Shown in pieces: positions 24,182 to 32,000 of a DNA stretch of 32,000 bases (position 1 is its first letter; the number at the start of each line of letters is the position of its first letter). Position numbers and translations under genes: made by a program. A model generated the notes under the pieces. The model did no database searches, had not been told where the DNA came from, and saw only the letters and a program-made list of their open reading frames with translations. The stretch covers positions 300,001-332,000 of the forward strand of contig CP023991.1 in NCBI GenBank assembly GCA_003516025.1. The letters run 5' to 3'. The DNA is from Candidatus Saccharimonadota bacterium (GTDB lineage Bacteria > Patescibacteriota > Saccharimonadia > Saccharimonadales > UBA4665).

Positions 24182-25630
24182 ATGAATTACTTCGTCACAA
24201 CCTCTATTCCTTATGTCAACGGTGAGCCGCATCTTGGTCATGCCATGGAGTACGTCATGGCTGATGTTTTAGCCCGAACTGCCCGCAAAGAAGGCAAGCC
24301 GGTTATTTTCAGTATCGGTACCGATGAACACGGCGGTAAAATCGAAGAAAAGGCCAAGGAACTGGGCGTTAAACCACGGGAGTTTACTGACGAAATGAGC
24401 CAGAAGTTCCGCGACCTGGCCGAGGCGCTTAACGTTAGCGCCGACCGTTTTATCCGGACTACAGAGGCTAATCATGAAAAGCGGGCCCAGCTGGTCTGGA
24501 AGGCGCTGAAAGATGATATTTATAAGAATAAGTATGTCGGCTGGTACTGTACCGGCGACGAAGCTTTCTTTACCGAAGCCGAAGTTAAAGCTAACAACGG
24601 CGTCTGTCCGAACCACAATCGGCCGTACGAAAAAGTCGAGGAAGAAAACTACTTTTTCCACCTCAGCAAGTACAACGAGCACATCAAGCACGCTATTGAA
24701 TCGGGCCAGTTCCAGGTTATTCCGAAGACTAAACGCAACGAGATCCTGTCGGTTATCCATGAAGGGTTAGAAGATATCAGCATTTCACGGCCGGCTGACA
24801 AAATTTCCTGGGGCATTCCGGTACCTGGTGACAAAACGCAGGTTATGTATGTCTGGTTTGAGGCGCTGCTCAACTATATTACGGTGCTTGGTTATCCGGA
24901 ACATGAAGACTTTAAGCAGTTCTGGCCAGCCAACGTCCAAGTGATCGGCAAGGACATCATCCGCTTCCATGCTGCCATCTGGCCTGGTATATTACTCGGC
25001 CTCGGCCTGCCATTGCCAAAATCACTGTACGTACACGGCTTTATTAACATTGATGGCAAAAAAATGAGCAAATCGCTCGGTAACTACCTGTCTCCGTACG
25101 ACATCATCAATAAATACGGCGCTGATGCTTTCCGTTACTACTTCCTGCGCCATATCCCAAGCAATAGCGACGGTGACTTCAGCTGGGATAAATTCGAGGC
25201 CGCATATAATAACGAGCTGGCCAACGAACTCGGTAACGCCGTACAACGTACCGCCGCCATGGTCATGAAGTACCAGAACGGCCTGATCGGTCCGATTCCA
25301 GAGGCGGAACATGATATAGCGCAGTACCAGACAGCGCTTGAGCACTGTCATTTCGACCGGGCACTCGATGAAGTATGGGAGCAAGTGCGTGGTATCAACC
25401 AGTATATCGACGTTGAAAAACCTTGGACCATCGCCAAAGAGGGTGACGAAGAGCATCTTCGTGAAGTTTTAGCTTACCAGGCGAGCGCCTTACTGGAAAT
25501 CGCCGACCTGCTGGAACCATTCATGCCGGAAACTGCCGCTAAAATCCAGGGCATATTCCAGGAGGGCATCATCCACCCGCTGGATGGCACGCTATTCCCT
25601 AAGTTCGAAACGCCTGCCACGGAAGCGTAG
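24182..25630 (+). CDS. metG: Methionine--tRNA ligase (short form, no C-terminal tRNA-binding domain)
   Basis: 482 aa. PYVNGEPHLGH (HIGH), KMSKS, and WFEALLNY, typical of MetRS. Confidence 0.95.
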   Translation: MNYFVTTSIPYVNGEPHLGHAMEYVMADVLARTARKEGKPVIFSIGTDEHGGKIEEKAKELGVKPREFTDEMSQKFRDLAEALNVSADRFIRTTEANHEKRAQLVWKALKDDIYKNKYVGWYCTGDEAFFTEAEVKANNGVCPNHNRPYEKVEEENYFFHLSKYNEHIKHAIESGQFQVIPKTKRNEILSVIHEGLEDISISRPADKISWGIPVPGDKTQVMYVWFEALLNYITVLGYPEHEDFKQFWPANVQVIGKDIIRFHAAIWPGILLGLGLPLPKSLYVHGFINIDGKKMSKSLGNYLSPYDIINKYGADAFRYYFLRHIPSNSDGDFSWDKFEAAYNNELANELGNAVQRTAAMVMKYQNGLIGPIPEAEHDIAQYQTALEHCHFDRALDEVWEQVRGINQYIDVEKPWTIAKEGDEEHLREVLAYQASALLEIADLLEPFMPETAAKIQGIFQEGIIHPLDGTLFPKFETPATEA

Positions 25631-25632
25631 GG

Positions 25633-26490
25633 ATGAACATAGATCTGGTTGACACCCATTGTCATATTCAGTCCGCCGGTCTGCCGACCGGGGAGCGCCA
25701 AACTTTGGAAAAGTGGGCCAAAGTGCCCGAGCGGACACCGGAACTGATTATTGCCGATGCAGTCGCCAAAAACGTGCGGCGTATGGTGGTAGTTGGCTGT
25801 GATTTAGCCGATAGTGAGCAGGCGATTGCGACTGTGCAGAACCATCAGGAAACCTGGGCCAGTATCGGTTTGCACCCCCATGAGGCCGCCAGTAGCCTCG
25901 AAAATGGCCATTTGGACGCGTTTGCGGCCCTTGCAGGGCGTCCGAAGGTCATAGCTGTGGGTGAGTGCGGTCTGGACTACTTTTATGAGCATTCTCCACG
26001 ACAAGCTCAAATTACTGTGTTACGCTTCCAGATGGAGCTGGCGCTCTTGCATAATTTACCGATGATTTTTCATGTACGGGGCGCGTCGTCTGCGGAGCAG
26101 CGCTATAATGCAATGGATGATTTCTGGCCCATTTTTGACGAATATAACAGCGGTAGCAGCAAAATACGCGGCGTGCTGCATAGTTTTACCGATACGCGGG
26201 CTAACCTGGACCGGGCGATAGAGCGCGGGCTCTATATTGGGGTCAATGGAATTGCCACTTTTGCCAAGGACCCGGCCCAGCTGGATATGTATAAAAATAT
26301 CCCGTTGTCAAACCTTTTATTGGAAACTGACGCTCCGTTCTTGACGCCCACTCCGTACCGTGGTACTATTTGTGAGCCATATCACATTTCAGTGATAGCC
26401 GACTTCTTGGGTGGACTCCGACAAGAGCCCCTACCGGATCTGGCCAGAGCCACGACCGAGAACGCCGAAGCACTGTTTTCGTTACAGTAG
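25633..26490 (+). CDS. TatD family metal-dependent hydrolase
   Basis: 285 aa. LVDTHCHI, GECGLDYFY, IFHVR, HSFTD, LLLETDAPFLTP. Confidence 0.9.
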   Translation: MNIDLVDTHCHIQSAGLPTGERQTLEKWAKVPERTPELIIADAVAKNVRRMVVVGCDLADSEQAIATVQNHQETWASIGLHPHEAASSLENGHLDAFAALAGRPKVIAVGECGLDYFYEHSPRQAQITVLRFQMELALLHNLPMIFHVRGASSAEQRYNAMDDFWPIFDEYNSGSSKIRGVLHSFTDTRANLDRAIERGLYIGVNGIATFAKDPAQLDMYKNIPLSNLLLETDAPFLTPTPYRGTICEPYHISVIADFLGGLRQEPLPDLARATTENAEALFSLQ

Positions 26491-26517
26491 ATAATCGCGC
26501 ACCAACGTATAACAACT

Positions 26518-26832
26518 ATGCACAACAAGCCCAACTCACCAATTGAAGGTGGCCATAATAATCATTCCGAACTGATGGTATCCGCGTCGGCGCGCCGCCA
26601 AGCAGTCGCCAACGCGATTTACTGGGTCAGCAACACTGTCGACCACCAGATAATCGCGGAAGCGGCTATGCAGGCCTCTATGCAAACAGCTACCGTACCC
26701 GAAGTTGTCGCGCAGCAACCCTCAGCTACCGTACCGGACGCCGTAGCCGATGTGGCAACCCTGCAACTTGGCAAGGATGACGACGGCATCAATTATAAAT
26801 TGCTTAATTCATTGGAAGCGAGCGAGGCTTAG
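26518..26832 (+). CDS. Hypothetical protein
   Basis: 104-aa ORF with an internal ATVPE/ATVPD repeat. No motif recognised. Confidence 0.4.
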   Translation: MHNKPNSPIEGGHNNHSELMVSASARRQAVANAIYWVSNTVDHQIIAEAAMQASMQTATVPEVVAQQPSATVPDAVADVATLQLGKDDDGINYKLLNSLEASEA

Positions 26833-26840
26833 GAAAAGCT

Positions 26841-27212
26841 ATGTCAATTCTTGACTCGATCTTTAAACAGAAAAAGGATGAGCGCCGCGCGCAGATTCAC
26901 CGGGCGCTAATTCACCATGAAGCTAAAATTGGCAGCGAACTGTTCGGCCCGATCCCTGAAGGCAGCCGCCGGGAATTTTTCTGCCTGGATGAGCACACCT
27001 GGGTATGGCATGAAGAATGGACCGACGCTAATGGTAACCGCCAGTTTATGATGACCCGTTATGACGTCCGCCCGGGCGGCATCGTGAAGTCACAGGGCCA
27101 CAATAATTACCAAAGTTTATCACGCCAAGAACTCATAAACTTTTACCGGGCCGTCCAGATGTATGGCCAGCGGGTTGACGCGGAATACGCCCGTATGTTG
27201 CAGGCTGCTTAA
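26841..27212 (+). CDS. Hypothetical protein
   Basis: 123-aa ORF, GGAAAAG upstream. Globular-looking composition with no motif recognised. Confidence 0.5.
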   Translation: MSILDSIFKQKKDERRAQIHRALIHHEAKIGSELFGPIPEGSRREFFCLDEHTWVWHEEWTDANGNRQFMMTRYDVRPGGIVKSQGHNNYQSLSRQELINFYRAVQMYGQRVDAEYARMLQAA

Positions 27213-27244
27213 CAAGCAACCTCAATCCTTTATACTGGTATTAG

Positions 27245-28381
27245 ATGAATCCGATATATCTCGACCATGCCGCGGCGACGCCGTTGGACGCGGAAGTTTT
27301 AGCGGCTATGCAGCCGTATTTTAGCGCGCAATTTTATAATCCTTCTGCGGTATACGGCGCGGCCCAGCGCGTATCTAAAGATTTGCAGGCTGCCCGGGCA
27401 TCGGTTGCACAGGTTATTGGCGCCAGGCCGGTGGAAGTTACATTTACGGCCGGTGGAACAGAAGCGAACAACCTGGCTATCCATGGCGTCATGTCCCGAT
27501 TCCCGGCCGCCAACATGGTTGTAAGCGGTATCGAACACGATTCAGTGCTGGGCCCAGCCGCGCAGTATACCTATAAGCTCGCGCGGGTAAACGAGCAGGG
27601 CGTTGTAGATATACCGGCTCTGCGGGCACTGGTTGATGACCAGACGGCGCTGATAAGCGTGATGTATGCCAACAATGAAATTGGTACCGTACAGCCGGTA
27701 CGCGACATCAGCAACCTGGTAGCTGAAATTCGGAAAGACCGCCGTGCCAGAGATGTTGCTATGCCGCTGTATATTCATACCGACGCCGCTCAGGCCGGAA
27801 ACTATCTTGATATCCACGTCTCACGGTTGGGAGTCGACTTGATGACGCTGAACGGCGGTAAGGTGTATGGGCCAAAGCAGAGCGGTATTTTGTTCGCGAA
27901 AAGTGGCATGCAGTTGCAGCCGCTGGTTTATGGCGGAGGCCAGGAACACAATCTGCGCAGCGGAACCGAAAACGTCGCCGGTTGCATCGGTTTAGCAACG
28001 GCGCTACAAAAAGCGCAGGCTACGCGTGGTGAAGAGGGCCGGCGCTTGCAAGACTTGCAGGCCTACTTCATCGATCAGTTACAGGCGCGCATACCAACCA
28101 TAGTTATTAACGGTTCATTAAAAAAACGGCTGCCAAACAACCTGCATATTACTATTCCGGGCACTGATAACGAGCGTTTGTTGTTTGGACTGGATGAAAA
28201 AGGCATTATGGCCGCCGCCGGGTCGGCCTGCAGTGCCAGTAATGACGAGCCGTCGCATGTGCTTACAGCACTTGGTATCAGTGATGAACTCGCCCGGGCC
28301 AGTTTACGGTTTAGTATGGGCCGGGAAACAACGCGCGAACAGCTGGACCGGGTCGTGGCGACTCTGTCCACTCTCATCTAA
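27245..28381 (+). CDS. Cysteine desulfurase (class V aminotransferase, NifS/IscS family)
   Basis: 378 aa. IYLDHAATTP-like N-terminus, FTAGGTEANN, HTDAAQA, a lysine in NGGKVYGPK, RSGTENV, and the active-site loop AAGSACSAS. Confidence 0.9.
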   Translation: MNPIYLDHAAATPLDAEVLAAMQPYFSAQFYNPSAVYGAAQRVSKDLQAARASVAQVIGARPVEVTFTAGGTEANNLAIHGVMSRFPAANMVVSGIEHDSVLGPAAQYTYKLARVNEQGVVDIPALRALVDDQTALISVMYANNEIGTVQPVRDISNLVAEIRKDRRARDVAMPLYIHTDAAQAGNYLDIHVSRLGVDLMTLNGGKVYGPKQSGILFAKSGMQLQPLVYGGGQEHNLRSGTENVAGCIGLATALQKAQATRGEEGRRLQDLQAYFIDQLQARIPTIVINGSLKKRLPNNLHITIPGTDNERLLFGLDEKGIMAAAGSACSASNDEPSHVLTALGISDELARASLRFSMGRETTREQLDRVVATLSTLI

Positions 28382-28419
28382 TAGCAGGTGCCGCCGCCGC
28401 GCGGAAGCTTGTTAACCTG

Positions 28420-28460
28420 TTATGCTTATGCTATAAATAGACCTGAAAGCATAAGCATAA
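28420..28460. promoter_or_regulatory. 13-bp perfect inverted repeat abutting the start of the ATPase-linked operon
   Basis: TTATGCTTATGCT (28420-28432) / AGCATAAGCATAA (28448-28460). The 15-nt loop contains TATAAA. The repeat ends 4 nt before the ATG at 28465, and no SD is present. Confidence 0.5.
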
Positions 28461-28464
28461 AAAC

Positions 28465-29340
28465 ATGAAAAAGCTCAAAAAACTGACCCATCTGCTCCTT
28501 TTGGTGCTGCTGTGCGCCAGTATGGGCAGTCCGGCAACCGCCGTGGCTGCCGACACTAAAACTACTGACAGTAAAGCCACTAACACTGATAGCGGCGTTC
28601 AGGGCTACGCGGCTGACAAACAGATTCCGGTCGGTACGATCGTACAGTTGCAGGGAAGTGGCGCCAGTAAGGTGGAAGTTTCCACTAAAGCTGATATTGG
28701 ACACATGTATGGTGTGGCCGTTGATAAGCTGAAATTATCAATCACTATTTCCAATTCAGCCATTCAAAACGAGGTGTTTGTAGCTACTGCCGGGACTTAT
28801 GATACCTTGGTAAGCTCACAGGGCGGTACCATAAAGGCTGGTGACTACGTGACGCTGTCGTCGGTAGACGGCGTCGCTAAAAAAGCCTCTACCGATGACA
28901 CGACCGTCTTTGGCCGGGCAGCCGCCAATTTCGAAGGCAAGGGCGACAGTATTGGCAAAACCACCCTAAAAGACACTAGCGGCAAGGCCAGTCAGGAAGT
29001 TGCCCTCGGTGTCATTCCCGTATCGATTGACGTACGCACTAACCCTGAAAAAAAGAGCACCAAGACTAAAGTCCCGGACTTTTTGCAACGCATCGGTGCT
29101 GCCGTCGCTGACAAACCGGTCGGTCCATTGCGTATGTATCTCAGTATCGCTATCACGGCGTTAACGATAGCTGCTGCCATCGTAATCCTGTATTCCGGCG
29201 TACGCAGTAGCATCATCGCTATCGGACGTAATCCGCTGTCGAAAAAGTCGGTTTTCAGGGGGCTTTTAGAGATTATATTTACCTCCATACTGATTATGAT
29301 TATCGGGTTATTTGCAGTATACTTATTGCTAAAGCTATGA
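28465..29340 (+). CDS. Secreted-domain protein with a C-terminal two-helix hairpin of ATP-synthase-c-subunit size and topology (assignment tentative)
   Basis: 291 aa. Signal peptide MKKLKKLTHLLLLVLLCASMGSPATAVA|AD, a roughly 195-aa Thr/Ser/Lys-rich domain, then a 68-aa hairpin (nt 29134-29337) with loop AIGRNPLSKK and a Glu in helix 2 (GLLEIIF). It sits directly upstream of the b-like, delta and alpha genes. Confidence 0.55.
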   Translation: MKKLKKLTHLLLLVLLCASMGSPATAVAADTKTTDSKATNTDSGVQGYAADKQIPVGTIVQLQGSGASKVEVSTKADIGHMYGVAVDKLKLSITISNSAIQNEVFVATAGTYDTLVSSQGGTIKAGDYVTLSSVDGVAKKASTDDTTVFGRAAANFEGKGDSIGKTTLKDTSGKASQEVALGVIPVSIDVRTNPEKKSTKTKVPDFLQRIGAAVADKPVGPLRMYLSIAITALTIAAAIVILYSGVRSSIIAIGRNPLSKKSVFRGLLEIIFTSILIMIIGLFAVYLLLKL

Positions 29341-29365
29341 TTTTTAACAGGGGGGCGACAACAAT

Positions 29366-29998
29366 ATGACTCAGTGGCAGATGCTAGCTGCCGGCGGTAT
29401 CCTACTCGTACTGGTAGGGTTGATTGTCGTTGCCGGGCAACTGTCACGCCTGTCACGCGCCTTGAGCGCCGGTAAGAAGCCCCTGAAGGGATCGGTTAAC
29501 GCCATTGGCGATTCGGCGGACCAGGCCGCTGAGGACGTTTTCGACAAAGAATTCCACGAGGAACTCCGCAACCGGGGTCGTTTGCATTTCGAAAAGATTA
29601 TCAACGAAAACTCCATGTTCCTTAAGCAGGACTTAGATATGACCATTGCCCAGCTGAACCAGTACCTGAAAAAGGAGATTGGCGATAAGCTGCAACTGGA
29701 ATTCGCTGATTACGCTAAAGCCATGCAGGATGCCCAGGAATTGGCCCTGGCGGCCCTCCATAAGAGCGCCAGCGCTGTCGACGAACAGCGTACCGCACTG
29801 GAAGCTGCCATGAAAAAGGATGTCGCCGAGCGTGAAGCGGCGCTTCTGGCCGGCTATGAGCAAAACATGGCCAAAATTGTCGAGCATTACTTATTACAGA
29901 CACTGGGCGACCAGTTTGACCTTAAGAGCCAGTTGCCGTTCATTCTTGAGCAGATGGAAGCTAATAAGCAGAAAATCATGGATGACATGCGGTTATGA
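29366..29998 (+). CDS. Single-TM coiled-coil protein, probable ATP synthase peripheral-stalk (b-like) subunit
   Basis: 210 aa. GGGGGG SD. N-terminal TM (LAAGGILLVLVGLIVVAG), then a long helical Glu/Lys/Ala/Gln-rich region. The stop overlaps the atpH start. The call rests on position and architecture, with no sequence motif. Confidence 0.5.
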   Translation: MTQWQMLAAGGILLVLVGLIVVAGQLSRLSRALSAGKKPLKGSVNAIGDSADQAAEDVFDKEFHEELRNRGRLHFEKIINENSMFLKQDLDMTIAQLNQYLKKEIGDKLQLEFADYAKAMQDAQELALAALHKSASAVDEQRTALEAAMKKDVAEREAALLAGYEQNMAKIVEHYLLQTLGDQFDLKSQLPFILEQMEANKQKIMDDMRL

Positions 29999-30498
29999 GC
30001 GAAACGACCGACTACCAGTTCCCAGCGTCATTAGTTGGCCGGGCAGATTTAGCCCGGTTGCTGCGTGAGATCGAGACTGTAGATGGAGACCTGGAATCGC
30101 AGAAGGTACGCGCGACCGGTAACGGCAGCAAGCCGGCTTACCATATGCCACTGCTCAGCCAGGCTCTGAGCGATTTCCTGAACATGAATAAGCTTGATAT
30201 AACAAAAGAGCAGGAGCGCATGGTTATAAAGGAGCGCGTCCGGGTTCTCAAGGATAAAGCACCGACAGTTCATATGACCTTCGCGGTTGAGGCTGACCCG
30301 GAAAGCCTGCAAACGTTAGTAGCGTGGCTGCGCGCTAATGCTCATCCGCATACACTGCTAAGTGTCGGCCTGCAACCAAACCTGGTGGGTGGAGTGTATC
30401 TTCGTACGCCGAACCACGTACATGACTACAGTATGCGCGCCTTGTTCGCTAACAGCCGCGACGTTTTGGCCAAAGAAATCGAAGGAATGACCGGGTGA
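29995..30498 (+). CDS. atpH: F-type ATP synthase delta (OSCP)-like subunit, divergent N-terminus
   Basis: 167 aa. The C-terminal VHMTFAVEADPESLQTLVAWL...LQPNLVGGVYLRTPNHVHDYSMRALF matches the delta pattern (..dp.LiGG..v..g....D.S....L). It is translationally coupled on both sides. Confidence 0.65.
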   Translation: MSETTDYQFPASLVGRADLARLLREIETVDGDLESQKVRATGNGSKPAYHMPLLSQALSDFLNMNKLDITKEQERMVIKERVRVLKDKAPTVHMTFAVEADPESLQTLVAWLRANAHPHTLLSVGLQPNLVGGVYLRTPNHVHDYSMRALFANSRDVLAKEIEGMTG

Positions 30499-32000
30499 AA
30501 GACAAACTGTTCGAAGAACTGGTCGAAAAGGGAAACCCGGTAGGTGAGATTATCGGTATTGATTCGTTCCTGGTTAAAGTCCGTGGACTGCAGCCAACTA
30601 ACGTGCATGCCCTGATCCGGTTCGAAGATGGCAGCCGCGGGTATGTACACCACGTATATGAAGACTACGTCGTCGTAATGAAACTCGGTATCACCGTTCT
30701 GCGCATTGGTATGGTATGCGTCATCCAGCACGAGGAGCTGCTTGCCAAAGTCGGTAAAAACTTCATCGGGCGGGTTATAAATATTTTTGGTGACCCGATT
30801 GACGGCAAGGGCACGATTCAGTCTGATGATGTCTGGGAAGTGTTCCATGAAGCACCGATGTTGTACGAGCGCAAACTACTCGATTCGCAGCTGGAAACCG
30901 GCATTACCATTCTGGACATTAACTTCTCCCTAGTGCGCGGCCAGCGTATGGCGGTTTTAGGCGACGGTAAGGTTGGTAAAACGGCTATGACCACCCAGAT
31001 CGCCATTAACCAAAAGAACACTGATATTACAGTGATCTATGTGCTGATTGCCAAACGCCAACGTGACGTGGCCCAGCTGGTAGCTCGCCTGGAAGAAAAC
31101 GATGCTCTCAAAAAAGCTATTATTATTGTTACGAACATGTTCGAATCCCTGGTGGCAACGTATCTGGCACCCTACATCGGCGCGGCCCACGGTGAATACT
31201 TTTGGCAAAAGCTCGGTATGGACACGTTGGTGATTTACGACGACCTAACCAGCCACGCCCAGGCCTACCGCGAAATCTCTCTGATTGCCGGTGTCAGCCC
31301 TGGCCGTGACTCCTACCCGGGTGACATGTTCTACACCCACTCCAGCCTGGTAGAGCGCGCCGGACGTTTGGACAGCAACTCGGCTAGCCAAACCATTCTG
31401 CCGATCATTTACGCTCCGTCTGGTGATATTACGGCCTATTTGCCGACCAACGTCATGTCCATGACGGATGGCCAGTGGATTCTCGATATGAACGTCTTTA
31501 AAGACACTATGCGCCCAGCCGTTAGTACCGGACTGAGTGTGACCCGCGTCGGTGGTGTCGGCCAAAACAAACGCCAGAAAGGCTTGGCCGCCGGCCTCAA
31601 TAAAACGCTGGCAGGATATCGCCAGGCTGAGGAGTACGCTCACTTTGGTACCGAACTATCCCCAGAGGCCCAGACGGACTATGACAAAGGTAAGGCCTTG
31701 TTTATTCTCATGAACCAGGACATTGGCGAAGGTTATAACCTTATGGAGCAGCAGTTCCTATTGGATATCGTGCTGAATTCCAACCCAGGTGAAAAGATTG
31801 ATATTAAGAAAATGAAAGAGCTGGTGCGTGATTACGCGCCTAAGGTAGTCGAGGACAAAGAAAACAGCAACTTTGACCAACTGCGTGATGAGCTCAAGGC
31901 ACAGGTTTTGATATTAACCGATGGTAAGAATGCCAGATTAGATGCGGCGACCGCGCCAGCGCCGGCGGAAGACGACAAACCGACAGATAGCGATAAAAAA
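30495..32000 (+). CDS. atpA: F-type ATP synthase alpha subunit (runs off the window end)
   Basis: Not in the ORF track. GTG at 30495 overlaps the atpH stop (GTGA), and the frame is open for 502 codons to the window end. RGQRMAVLGDGKVGKT (Walker A), LVIYDDLTSHAQAYREISL, PGRDSYPGDMFYTHSSLVERAG, LPTNVMSMTDGQWIL, RPAVSTGLSVTRVGG. Confidence 0.9.
   Translation, partial: MKDKLFEELVEKGNPVGEIIGIDSFLVKVRGLQPTNVHALIRFEDGSRGYVHHVYEDYVVVMKLGITVLRIGMVCVIQHEELLAKVGKNFIGRVINIFGDPIDGKGTIQSDDVWEVFHEAPMLYERKLLDSQLETGITILDINFSLVRGQRMAVLGDGKVGKTAMTTQIAINQKNTDITVIYVLIAKRQRDVAQLVARLEENDALKKAIIIVTNMFESLVATYLAPYIGAAHGEYFWQKLGMDTLVIYDDLTSHAQAYREISLIAGVSPGRDSYPGDMFYTHSSLVERAGRLDSNSASQTILPIIYAPSGDITAYLPTNVMSMTDGQWILDMNVFKDTMRPAVSTGLSVTRVGGVGQNKRQKGLAAGLNKTLAGYRQAEEYAHFGTELSPEAQTDYDKGKALFILMNQDIGEGYNLMEQQFLLDIVLNSNPGEKIDIKKMKELVRDYAPKVVEDKENSNFDQLRDELKAQVLILTDGKNARLDAATAPAPAEDDKPTDSDKK

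Noticed and set aside
30426-31643. Four minus-strand ORFs (30426-30848, 30818-31021, 30957-31208, 31245-31643) that are the only track entries over this region.
   Set aside because: The plus strand is open from GTG 30495 to the window end and encodes an unmistakable ATP synthase alpha subunit. That ORF is missing from the track only because it has a GTG start and no stop within the window.
1-32000. A search for CRISPR arrays, rRNA, IS elements or transposases, integrases, toxin-antitoxin pairs and long tandem repeats.
   Set aside because: Nothing with regular repeat-spacer periodicity, rRNA-like sequence, terminal inverted repeats flanking a transposase, or a recombinase motif was seen by eye on either strand.

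Overview
The window is a gene-dense, almost entirely plus-strand stretch of a small bacterial genome. The content suggests a reduced Patescibacteria/CPR lineage such as Saccharibacteria, but that is inference and cannot be verified here. Housekeeping genes are metG, a TatD hydrolase, a NifS/IscS-type cysteine desulfurase, a HIT protein, four tRNAs (Phe-GAA, Gly-GCC, Cys-GCA, Leu-UAA, all with encoded CCA) and the start of a divergent F-type ATPase operon. These are interleaved with accessory material. I found no rRNA, CRISPR array, transposase or integrase. Five regions deserve a second look. (1) A cobalamin-riboswitch-like leader (about 17862-17960) precedes an unassignable Cys-rich 484-aa protein. 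(2) Just downstream sits an ArnC-like GT2 gene plus an 881-aa polytopic membrane protein fused to a PIG-L/LmbE deacetylase. (3) The ATPase operon has, in the slot where atpB/atpE normally sit, a signal-peptide protein with a roughly 200-aa ectodomain ending in a 68-aa c-subunit-sized hairpin. (4) An AT-richer cassette-like island (about 8095-12480) is attached to the 3' end of tRNA-Gly. Its modules are punctuated at regular spacing by a repeated core, TGCTGCACCAAtt, and two cores are preceded by paralogous 34-codon gene ends cut at the same nucleotide. (5) An orphan phage-tail-fibre-like protein with a polysaccharide-lyase-type C-terminus lies next to a LamG-like protein and a GH37 trehalase. 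All calls come from reading the sequence and ORF translations. No searches were run.
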